Shown here: positions 1-49,142 of the stretch, in pieces | How positions within the stretch are numbered: the first letter of the stretch is position 1 | How the letters are laid out: the number at the start of each line of letters is the position of its first letter | From: the human T2T-CHM13v2.0 reference genome, Homo sapiens | Length of the DNA: 64,000 bases | Direction: 5' to 3' (one strand) | NCBI RefSeq assembly: GCF_009914755.1 | Contig: NC_060925.1 | Notes under the pieces: generated by a model | What the model saw: only the letters and a program-made list of their open reading frames with translations | What the model was told of the DNA's origin: nothing | Databases searched by the model: none | Program-made: the position numbers and the translations under genes

Positions 1-82
1 ACCAAGTGCTGTCAGCAGTTTAGCATATTTTTGCCATGAGCTCATCTCGTGTCATTACAGCTCTTTCCTCCTTTCTCTTCAG

Positions 83-6061
<5,979 letters not shown>

Positions 6062-6476
6062 GGAGACCGCCAGCCCCAGAAGCAGAGGGCAGTCAAGGTC
6101 AAGAGCCTGTGGTCCAGCATGCCTGGCCTGGGCGGGCTACCTCTGAGAACGGCTGAAATGGTGCCCAGTCCATCAGCAGTGATGGAATTTGCTGGAGGAC
6201 TAGGCCAGAGCAAGCCTCACTGCCACTGTGCCTTTGGGGCACCCTTGGGGTTGGACATACACCCCCTTTAGATTCCTCTGTTTCTTCTACCTGGATAATT
6301 CTTGGCCATGTTCTCTCTTCTCTAGGTTCAGGTCAGCTCTGCCCCTCCGCCCCCCTCCTGCTGGTTCCCCAGCCCTTTTCCCTGGCCCTGGCTTGGAGAA
6401 TCTGTTTTCAATCTCCACTGATTGCCCCCTTGCTGGCCAGCCCAGGGGCCTTTACCATGTTCTCTCCACATCCGTA

Positions 6477-6482
6477 AATAAA
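6477..6482 (+). terminator. PMF1: PMF1 polyadenylation signal AATAAA
   Basis: AATAAA about 415 nt after the PMF1 stop. Confidence 0.85.
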
Positions 6483-6762
6483 CTTCCTTCACTACACTGT
6501 AATCTGTGAGCATGCTTCCTCTGCCCTGGCCTCTCTTGGGCCAAGACCTGCTCCTGGGCTCCCAAATGCTGGCTCCAGTCAAGGCTTCAGTCGTGGTCCT
6601 CTGGGAGCATCCAGGCTGGGGTGGTTTGGCAAGGGGCTTACTAGACCATCATGTGCAGAGAGCAGCAGAGCCCCTTGTACAAAAACCAGGACCCCTGGGT
6701 TCCCTGTGGATAGGATGAGCTGCCAAGGAGATGTCACTCTTGGCACCCTCCAAGAATCATTA

Positions 6763-7263
<501 letters not shown>

Positions 7264-8132
7264 TCAGCCAGGGCAGCCAAAGGCAGGATGGGTGCTTCCC
7301 GGATCCACCAGAGGGGGAAAGGGGTTGGGCGTGTATGGGGGCAGAACTTTTCCCTAGTGAGAGCCTTGGTGAGGTCTGCTGGAGGCACACTGGGGACACA
7401 GGCAAGCATCAGGTGGTCCCAACTTCCCACCCCCCTCCCATAAACGGCACTTGGCTCAGTCTCCCTCTGCCCACCTTGTCACCATGGAGCTGTGGCATTC
7501 AAGCATCCAAATGCCCTGCTTCTGTCAGGCCTGCCCCGTCGGGTGCTTTGTTTACTTGTCAGGTTGGGCAGATGGTCTCAAGCCCTGGTTGGTGGGTGGG
7601 TGAGTGAGGAGACAGGTTAGACAGGGGAAGGTCCCAGGACATGTCTTCCCTCTCTGGGCTGACCTGAGGCAGTGGAGGCTCTCAGGTGTGGGATGGGGTT
7701 TTCAGGCTGGGATGTTCTGTACCGTAGAGGATAGGCCTTCCTATTACTTATCGGAGCACTACGGGAGGGCAGGTCCCTCCCCAGGGTGTTTAACACTGGA
7801 GGCTGCAGGGTCAGGAGGAGAATCGTGGGGCCAGGAGGGCAGAGGCACACTCCATCTTCGTGCTCCTCACAGGCCCTGCCTCCCTGCCTGCTAAGGACAC
7901 AGGGAAGGGGGTCCCCACCTCAGTGCCTGCCTCCCTTCCCTGTGCCTGTGTACCTGGCAGTCACAGCCACCTGGCGTGTCCCAGAAACCAACCGGCTGAC
8001 CTCATCTCCTGCCCGGCCCCACCTCCATTGGCTTTGGCTTTTGGCGTTTGTGCTGCCCGACCCTTTCTCCTGTCCGGATGCGCAGGGCAGGGCCTGAGCC
8101 GTCGAGCTGCACCCACAGCAGGCTGCCTTTGG

Positions 8133-8156
8133 TGACTCACCGGGTGAACGGGGGCA
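8133..8156 (+). promoter_or_regulatory. BGLAP: Osteocalcin AP-1 site plus vitamin D response element (DR3)
   Basis: TGACTCA at 8133-8139 followed by GGGTGA-acg-GGGGCA at 8142-8156, the classical human osteocalcin VDRE. Confidence 0.93.
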
Positions 8157-8476
8157 TTGCGAGGCATCCCCTCCCTGGGTTTGGCTCCTGCCCACGGGGC
8201 TGACAGTAGAAATCACAGGCTGTGAGACAGCTGGAGCCCAGCTCTGCTTGAACCTATTTTAGGTCTCTGATCCCCGCTTCCTCTTTAGACTCCCCTAGAG
8301 CTCAGCCAGTGCTCAACCTGAGGCTGGGGGTCTCTGAGGAAGAGTGAGTTGGAGCTGAGGGGTCTGGGGCTGTCCCCTGAGAGAGGGGCCAGAGGCAGTG
8401 TCAAGAGCCGGGCAGTCTGATTGTGGCTCACCCTCCATCACTCCCAGGGGCCCCTGGCCCAGCAGCCGCAGCTCCC

Positions 8477-8618
8477 AACCACAATATCCTCTGGGGTTTG
8501 GCCTACGGAGCTGGGGCGGATGACCCCCAAATAGCCCTGGCAGATTCCCCCTAGACCCGCCCGCACCATGGTCAGGCATGCCCCTCCTCATCGCTGGGCA
8601 CAGCCCAGAGGGTATAAA
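8477..8618 (+). promoter_or_regulatory. BGLAP: Osteocalcin proximal promoter: RUNX2/OSE2 site, OC-box, TATA box
   Basis: AACCACA 8477-8483; ATGACCCCCAAATAGCCCTGGCAG 8520-8543; TATAAA 8613-8618, 76 nt upstream of the ATG. Confidence 0.88.
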
Positions 8619-8688
8619 CAGTGCTGGAGGCTGGCGGGGCAGGCCAGCTGAGTCCTGAGCAGCAGCCCAGCGCAGCCACCGAGACACC

Positions 8689-9619
8689 ATGAGAGCCCTC
8701 ACACTCCTCGCCCTATTGGCCCTGGCCGCACTTTGCATCGCTGGCCAGGCAGGTGAGTGCCCCCACCTCCCCTCAGGCCGCATTGCAGTGGGGGCTGAGA
8801 GGAGGAAGCACCATGGCCCACCTCTTCTCACCCCTTTGGCTGGCAGTCCCTTTGCAGTCTAACCACCTTGTTGCAGGCTCAATCCATTTGCCCCAGCTCT
8901 GCCCTTGCAGAGGGAGAGGAGGGAAGAGCAAGCTGCCCGAGACGCAGGGGAAGGAGGATGAGGGCCCTGGGGATGAGCTGGGGTGAACCAGGCTCCCTTT
9001 CCTTTGCAGGTGCGAAGCCCAGCGGTGCAGAGTCCAGCAAAGGTGCAGGTATGAGGATGGACCTGATGGGTTCCTGGACCCTCCCCTCTCACCCTGGTCC
9101 CTCAGTCTCATTCCCCCACTCCTGCCACCTCCTGTCTGGCCATCAGGAAGGCCAGCCTGCTCCCCACCTGATCCTCCCAAACCCAGAGCCACCTGATGCC
9201 TGCCCCTCTGCTCCACAGCCTTTGTGTCCAAGCAGGAGGGCAGCGAGGTAGTGAAGAGACCCAGGCGCTACCTGTATCAATGGCTGGGGTGAGAGAAAAG
9301 GCAGAGCTGGGCCAAGGCCCTGCCTCTCCGGGATGGTCTGTGGGGGAGCTGCAGCAGGGAGTGGCCTCTCTGGGTTGTGGTGGGGGTACAGGCAGCCTGC
9401 CCTGGTGGGCACCCTGGAGCCCCATGTGTAGGGAGAGGAGGGATGGGCATTTTGCACGGGGGCTGATGCCACCACGTCGGGTGTCTCAGAGCCCCAGTCC
9501 CCTACCCGGATCCCCTGGAGCCCAGGAGGGAGGTGTGTGAGCTCAATCCGGACTGTGACGAGTTGGCTGACCACATCGGCTTTCAGGAGGCCTATCGGCG
9601 CTTCTACGGCCCGGTCTAG
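8689..9619 (+). CDS. BGLAP: Osteocalcin preproprotein (bone Gla protein), 100 aa, 4 exons
   Basis: Exons 8689-8752, 9010-9048, 9219-9288, 9490-9619 total 303 nt. Signal peptide [21 protein letters not shown], propeptide ending KRPRR, mature [49 protein letters not shown] with Glu17/21/24 and Cys23/29. Confidence 0.99.
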
Positions 9620-9754
9620 GGTGTCGCTCTGCTGGCCTGGCCGGCAACCCCAGTTCTGCTCCTCTCCAGGCACCCTTCTTTCCTCTTCCCCTTGCCCTTG
9701 CCCTGACCTCCCAGCCCTATGGATGTGGGGTCCCCATCATCCCAGCTGCTCCCA

Positions 9755-9760
9755 AATAAA
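9755..9760 (+). terminator. BGLAP: BGLAP polyadenylation signal AATAAA
   Basis: AATAAA 135 nt after the stop, followed by GT-rich sequence. Confidence 0.9.
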
Positions 9761-9884
9761 CTCCAGAAGAGGAATCTGTGGGCCTGTGAGTCTGTCCAGT
9801 TTATGGAGTGTGGGAGGGAGGTGTCAGGAGGATGGGGGTGAGGAGGTTTTACCTTCTTCAGTTCTAGAAAGTGCTTTCCAAAGT

Positions 9885-9898
9885 TTTATTTTTTTATT
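9885..9898 (-). terminator. PAQR6: PAQR6 polyadenylation signals (two AATAAA on minus strand)
   Basis: TTTATT on + at 9885-9890 and 9893-9898, about 700 nt past the PAQR6 stop. Confidence 0.8.
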
Positions 9899-10585
9899 TG
9901 TACCTGCCTTGTTCCAGAAAACATTGAAGGTGGCTTCCCAAAGTCTAACTAGGGATACCCCCTCTAGCCTAGGACCCTCCTCCCCACACCTCAATCCACC
10001 AAACCATCCATAATGCACCCAGATAGGCCCACCCCCAAAAGCCTGGACACCTTGAGCACACAGTTATGACCAGGACAGACTCATCTCTATAGGCAAATAG
10101 CTGCTGGCAAACTGGCATTACCTGGTTTGTGGGGATGGGGGGGCAAGTGTGTGGCCTCTCGGCCTGGTTAGCAAGAAGCATTCAGGGTAGGCCTAGGTTA
10201 GTCGTGTTAGTTCTTCCCTGTGCTGAGCAGAGACTTCCAGAAGCACCAGAAACGGAGCCAGATGAAAGGACCCCAACACCTCCCCCCGCCAACCTTTGAC
10301 AGAATATAGGGGCATCTTCAGCCTGGACACGCATGCATCTCCCCTCTCAGACCCTCAGCACTTCTTCCACTCCCATCAAGAGCCCCCTCACGGTCCCTCT
10401 CACACTCTGCCAGTCCCCCTAGACACCCCTCCTCTTCTCTGCCCTCTCTCCTGTGCCCTCTCTCCTCAGCCCCTGTTGGTTCCAGGCTGAGATGCGTCCC
10501 CACCTGATTAGGCCCAAATCTGGGCTCCTCGTCAGCACTGGGGCCTGGCCTCTGCCCCCTCCAGGACAGGGTCAGGGATGGGGCC

Positions 10586-13188
10586 TCACTGTTGTTTGGC
10601 CTGGGTACCCCCCTCCAGTGGGCCACCCTGCAGCAGAGGGCATGTACTGGGGGCCCGAAGCAGGGTGGCTGTGAAAGCAGCAATAATGAGTAGGTTCCCA
10701 GCTGCAGCCAAGACCAGTGTGGCCACTGTGCCTGCCAGGCCCAGGGCAGGTTCCTGTGTGGCCAGCCAGGCTCTGCGTGATCCCATATCAGCCAGCACTG
10801 CCTCCAGCTGGAAGTGGGTGCCCAGCACTGCACAGATGTGGAATAACTGGTGGCTGTGGCCTGTGGAGAGGATGGGCAGGTCAGAGCCACACCTTTCCCA
10901 GTGCAAGTCACCCCATCCTCTGGGCCTGCTACTCCCCCATAAATTGAGAATAAGAAACCCTGACTCCCAGAGTGACTGAAAGGAATGAATGAGCATGTGT
11001 GCATGTGGCCCCAGCACACATGCTACTAGTTTTGCTACCTGAGAAGTGGCAGGTGGAGGACCCTTCCAGTGATGCTCTCGTTATAGGAAGACAGGGAAGT
11101 CCCTCCTATAATTTGCCTCCATCCTGGGGCTGTAATACCCATTTACCCAGTTCATTCTGTGCTCTGGGAAGGCATCTGCCCCTGCCTCTTCCCGGGCCGG
11201 GCCAGGCGTGCCCTCACCGATGTAATCAAAGCGTCCTGGTGCCAGCCTTTCAGGCAGGTGGGAGGCGAAGAGGAAGCCAGTGAGCAGCGCGCAGAAGAGA
11301 TGGTAGCCATGGCTGGTGCTCAGGGCCTCCTGCCCACAGCCGTGGCCCCTGCCCCAGCACAGCCCGAGCTGTCAAAGGAAAACCAAGGCTGCTGGGGAGG
11401 GACTCGGGAGCCGAAACATGGGGTGTGTCTGGGATCTGGTGAGGACGCAGAGCGGGCGGGCACAGCTAGGCGGGGTGCTGGACCCCAAGAGAGGCGGCTG
11501 GGCTGAGGCAGGGACTGAGGGGGCAGGGCTGGAAGTGGGCACCTTGAGGGTCAGGACAGGAAAGCAGGAGTCTGGGCAGGGGCCCTAGGCCTCCTTACCC
11601 GATAAAAGAGTGGGAGGTTGTCGAACAGGAATGGATAGGCGAAGGCTCCTGTGCGGAGGACCTTACTGAGCCCAGGGCTTTCCAGCTCCAGGAAACTGGG
11701 AGGCGGGAGGAAAAGGCCGGTCACCATCGCTGTGCTTGGGGTAGGGGTCAGAGAAAGGCAAGAGGACTTGGGCAAAGATGGAATATCAGCACAGCCTGCA
11801 GCTAAGAAAACCGTTAGGGCATATGACCTCCTGTGTAAAGGACCACATCTGTATGTGGGGATAAAGGGTCTGACAGAGGAAGTCCTCAGTACATGGTCCC
11901 GATGCCTCCAGTGCTGTTCGAGAGCAGTGAGGTGTGTCCTCTCCTGTGCCTCCGCCTTCCCCGTCCCCACTGGAGGGGCCTGGGAACCCACCGGGAGTAG
12001 CAGGAGAGGCCGGTGCACAGGAAGGAGTTGAGTGCGGCGGCAGGCACAAAGAACTGGTGCAGGTGGCCGTGCAGCCAGGAGGCCGGCATGGAGTAGGCGG
12101 CATAGGGGAAGGCGCAGCCTGCGGTGAGGTGGGGGCGTGCAGCTGAGGCCTGAGGGGCGCGCCCCTATGTCCCGCGTCCCACCCCTCGCCCCGCTCCGGG
12201 ACGCCCAGACCCCGCGCTCCCGCGCCTGTCCGGCTCACCCAGACTGTAGAGGCTGAGCGCGCCGTAGTCGAGGAAGTAGCAGATGTGGCGCATGCGGGGC
12301 GACATGGAGCTGAAGGTGTGCGCGCAGCACGACGCGAAGGGGTAGAGGCAGGCGGGCAGCAGGAAGACCAGCAGCGGCCAGTGGTACGGCTCCGCACGGA
12401 AGCCGGGGCCGCCCGCCAGCGCCAGGAGCCGCCACAGGAAGTACCTGCGGCGGGCGCGTGCTCAGGCCGCCGCGGACCCCCGCGACTGCCGCTGCAGCCC
12501 GTGGGCCTGGACGGTCCCTGCCCGCCTGGGTACCCCCTCTGAGCTCAAGGCCGCGGCCTGGGGCGGAGCCTCCCCTCACCAGGTGGGCAGGAAGTGAGTC
12601 CAGATGTTGACCGTCTCGTTGGTCATCTGGAAGGAGCTGAGGACACAGTCCAAAGCCGAGCTGGTGGGGCGGCGGTAGCCAGACATGATGCCATCTTCCC
12701 AGAACACCTAGGGTAGTGGTGGGAGAGGAAGGGCGTCACTGTGCCCGGACCCTTTCCCTCCATCTGAGATCTCTGGAAGCAGGGTCAAAGAGGCTGGGCT
12801 GGAGATCAACGTGGCCCCCAAGCCAAACTAAATCTGATCTGATGTTACCACAGGTCCCAGTACCCACAACCCACAAAACAAATAGGAAACCGAAGAGCCA
12901 GATTGGGGTGGGATGGGGGTGGAGCGCAGCACACAGGGCGCTCTGGGGAAGGGGACTCCAGATGGAGGGCCACAAGCTTGTTCCTCAGAGAACAGAGGAA
13001 GAGTCTCACACTGGAATGGGAGGGTAAGAGTTCGCCTGCAGGAGGGGCTGCCCCAATAGCTAAAAGAGAAGAACGTCAGCCCCTAGTCAGTCCTCTAGGG
13101 AATGGGGGTTGGTGGGTCAGTGGGTGGAGCCCCTCACCCGGGGGACCTGGTGGACTTGAAGAAGTTGGGGCAGCTTGAGACTGAGCAT
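10586..13188 (-). CDS. PAQR6: PAQR6 (membrane progestin receptor delta), 344 aa, 7 coding exons
   Basis: Minus-strand exons 13188-13138 (GCCACC-ATG, MLSLKLPQLLQVHQVPR), 12707-12580, 12444-12239, 12118-11992, 11695-11599, 11368-11218, 10860-10586 total 1035 nt. PAQR motifs NETVNIWTH, SCCAHTF, DY, PERLAPGRFDYIGHSHQLFH. Confidence 0.97.
11990..12600. promoter_or_regulatory. PAQR6: Intragenic CpG island over PAQR6 coding exons
   Basis: Dense CpG and very high GC by eye across internal exons and short introns. Confidence 0.7.
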
Positions 13189-14413
13189 GGTGGCCTGGTA
13201 CCTCCACGTTGACCTAGAGACAGAGTGGGAGGTAGGGGATCAGATAACTGCCCCCATCCACAGGCCCCTTTCACCTGGGTTCAGCCGCAGGATGGGCTGT
13301 GCGTGTGGGAGGCAGATGGCACCCTCCCTCCTGGAGCTGCTTCCTTCAGGCCTGGGGAAGCTGGTCCACCTTCCCCAGCCCTTGCACCACTTAACTCCAA
13401 CCCCTGTTCTCCTTGGGGCATTCAGTCCCCACACTGAGGGGCTTGGCGGCCTCAGCCCAGCAAAGAGTGGCGGGGTCCTCCCAGCCGGGAGGCTGCCTCA
13501 AATAGTGATCCAGCCCCGCAGGCCCCAGTTTTTGTCTCAGGAAGAATCCTGACTCCTGGAGGCCAGCACAGAGACAGCCTGAGTACCACTCCCTTTCCCA
13601 CCAGAATGTGCTTCGCCCACAGCGCCTGAACTGAGCACAGAACACTCTTGGCACTCCGAATCTCTGGAGAAGCCAGATGCCATCAGGTGGGACAAGGAGG
13701 TAGGGGGATGCCTGGCTTTTCTCTGAGGACTACACTTGTGCCCCCAGGAGAATTTTGGGGTCCCTGCCCCTCCTGAGCCCAGGTATCCCTCAGCCCCAGA
13801 CCTGTGCACTGCCTCCGGGTGGCCGCAGCTCTGCTGCCCCGCCCGCCTCTCCCGGCACATTCCTTGGCACAAGTGGAGGGGCTGGGCCAGCTGGGCAGGC
13901 GGAGCCGCCCCAGGAGGACGACTAGGACACTCCCCCCACCTCCCCAGGCCAAAACTTTGCAGCAACTCTATAACTTAGCCCCTCTTCTTGCCACCAGCTC
14001 TGCATCCATGTTTTTGCCGCATGCACTTTGGGGCTTGCACCAGCAGTCACTCCCCCAGCCTCTGCCCGAGATGGGTGCTGGAGACCCTGCTGGGCAAAGG
14101 CAAACCTGGCCCTAGTCCCTGCACCCCAGCAGAACAAAGATGGATGAGGGCCTCCCAGGGTATCCCTTGCTCGCTCCCACAAGTGGGATGGTCGGGGGTC
14201 TCCCCTACCCTGAGTGCTGCCCATCTATCTGGGGGAGGAGTGAGGAATACGCTGGGGTCTAGCTGCCCTCACGGTGCCTTCCCTTAGTAGTAGGGTTTGG
14301 AGATCTCTGGAGTGGAGTGTGTGCAGTTGCTATGGAAATGGGGGAGGGGTGGCTGGAGCAAGATGCTTTACCTCTATTTTCCCAGAAGAGCCCCAGAAGG
14401 TGAGCTTCCTTAC

Positions 14414-14520
14414 CCAGAGCTTGGTGGGTGCTCCTAAGCTGGTGGGTCAACAGGCCCAGGGCTCCACGGGCGGAGTCCAAGGCTGCTGCCAGCCAGGCTG
14501 ATGGAGGAAGAGTGGCCAGG
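14414..14520 (-). other. PAQR6: Probable non-coding first exon of PAQR6 (5' boundary uncertain)
   Basis: Strong minus-strand donor CTGG|gtaagg at 14414; the ATG-bearing exon has an acceptor at 13213, implying an upstream exon. Confidence 0.5.
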
Positions 14521-14898
14521 CAGGCGGGCCAGGCCTGGGCGGGGAGTGGGGAGACAAAGGGGAGCCAGGGAACAATCCCAGCCTTGTCCAGCCTCCAGGG
14601 AGCAGCACGGGGTGGCCCAGCCCCATTAGCAGGCAGCTCACTCGGCCGCCTGCACACAGCCAGCTCCTCCAGCACGACCCAAACTCCCTGTGCTGACTGG
14701 CTAGAACAGGGTAGGGGCCCAAGGCAGGATGTGGCCATGGTGCTGTAGAGTCCCCCCGGCGACTCAGAGCAGTGTTCCCATTCCAGGTTCTCCCAGCAGT
14801 TGGGGACAGCTCTGCCTTAGGCTGGCAGAGGAACCCAAATCCCCAAATGCAGAACAGATTTCAGAAGCCATCTCTCACCATGCTTTGCTGCCTCTTAG

Positions 14899-15365
<467 letters not shown>

Positions 15366-15698
15366 CAGAGGCTGGTTTCAAGGCTCACCTCCCCACCCCC
15401 TTGGGGAAGAGGACCCAGCTAGTGACAGCGAACCAACCCCAGGCAGCGATGTTGCTGGCAAGAGATTTTCACTATCACCCCTGCAAAGGCACCGCCTCAG
15501 TTTACAGTCAAGGAACTTGACAGTGCCTATCAAACCATCTCCAGGGCCTTCACTCAAATTGCCTGCTTCTTGTTCTGTTCCATCCACTTCAAAGAAGCCT
15601 TTCCAAAATGCATTTCAGGATGCCATCTTCAGTGCCCCACCCCCCAATGAAACTTCTGTACAGACAGGCACCAGGAGACAGGGATTGGGCTTGGGGGG

Positions 15699-15704
15699 TT
15701 TATT
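15699..15704 (-). terminator. SMG5: SMG5 polyadenylation signal AATAAA
   Basis: TTTATT on + at 15699-15704, about 1.35 kb past the SMG5 stop. Confidence 0.85.
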
Positions 15705-17047
15705 AAGTGATGCTTTAGTCTCAGTCTCTGCCAGCAACTGGGAGTGGGGTGACTCCACTCACCCCAGGATTTCCCAGACTTGCTATTTTAGAGGAGAGAG
15801 GCAGGAAGCCAACTATCCTCTAAGCCACAGCTTGGGAAGCTAGGCTAGTACTGGGGTGGGGGCAGCAGAGCTGAGACCCTCCACCCCGAGCCCCTAGCCT
15901 GTGCTATCCTCCCAGCCTGAGGGGGAGGAGCTGAGGCAATCCTGGCTGCAGCCTCCCACACACAGCCCTGCTCTTGGTGCGCCATTCACTGCCCTGAGCT
16001 ATTCATGATCTCTGCTCCCAGATATTCACCTCAACACTCCAAAAGCCAGCCCCTTCAGGTCTTCAGTCCTGCGGAAGGCAAAAGGAGGGACGGGGGCCTC
16101 TGACTGAGCAGCTTCAAGGAGCCTCTCCTTTCTGCTGCCCACTGAATGCCGGCCCCTTGTCTTCAGCCCTCCCTTAGATAGGAAGGGGGGTGGTGGCCTC
16201 AGACTGCACCCCCTTTCTTCTCTTCCTGGCATCCCATTCTGTCCCAGCACAGCAGCCAAGAGCACAAAGCACAGCACCTGTGGGGCTGGTGGGCACAGGA
16301 GACCGTGCTGGCACAGGCCAGACTGCCTGCAGCCCTAGGTGGGGCCTGCTCCCTGCCCTGGAAGCTAGACAGAGGGAGACACAAAGCAGAAGTGGGGCAA
16401 TGGGATGTGCAGCCCCTGCAGCAGGAGGAGGAGCACACGAACCCTGACCCTGCTACTCGGTGCAGGCCACTCCAGGCCTTGCTTCTCTAACAGCCCCTGT
16501 GGCTGGCTCCAGAGCTGCCTGGTCCCCATAAAGGGGGCTGAAAGGAGGATGGGTGATCCTTGAGGAGGGGAAGGGTCTGCAGAGAATCACTCAGACACCA
16601 GGTATTACCCAGCTCTTCCCCCAAGACCTAGAGGGTCCAAACTCCTGGCCCCAACCACCCTGCATCTTGGGTGAGGAAGAAGGGCCTCTTTTGCTGTTCC
16701 TTCCCCTCAGAGATCCAAGAACCCATTCCAGTGAAATGCAGGTACCCATGCCTACCACCTGCCCCTGGAGACAGCAGGGGAGCTGAGGCAGGAAGGCTGG
16801 CCAGGGGCCCACAAGACTCTCCTAATCCAAGCACTTTCCTCGCTTTCCTAACGTCTTGGCAACAAAGGGACCCCACCCTCCCAGCCGGCTCCTGGGCCCT
16901 CCCTGCAGCCTCTGAGCAGCTAGGCCTCCCTCCTGTGTGCGTGCATGAGTCTGCGTGTGGTGGGGTGACTACAGGTGCTGGTCCTGGCTGCCAGGGAGGG
17001 CAGGAGAGATCTGGAGTCAGCCCCACTGCAGGGCCTGGGGGTCAGTA

Positions 17048-49142
<32,095 letters not shown>

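Noticed and set aside
9043-9048. Alternative donor AAAG|gtgcag 6 nt upstream in BGLAP exon 2, giving a 98-aa precursor
   Set aside because: Poor donor consensus compared with gtatga at 9049, and the recalled 100-aa protein needs the downstream site
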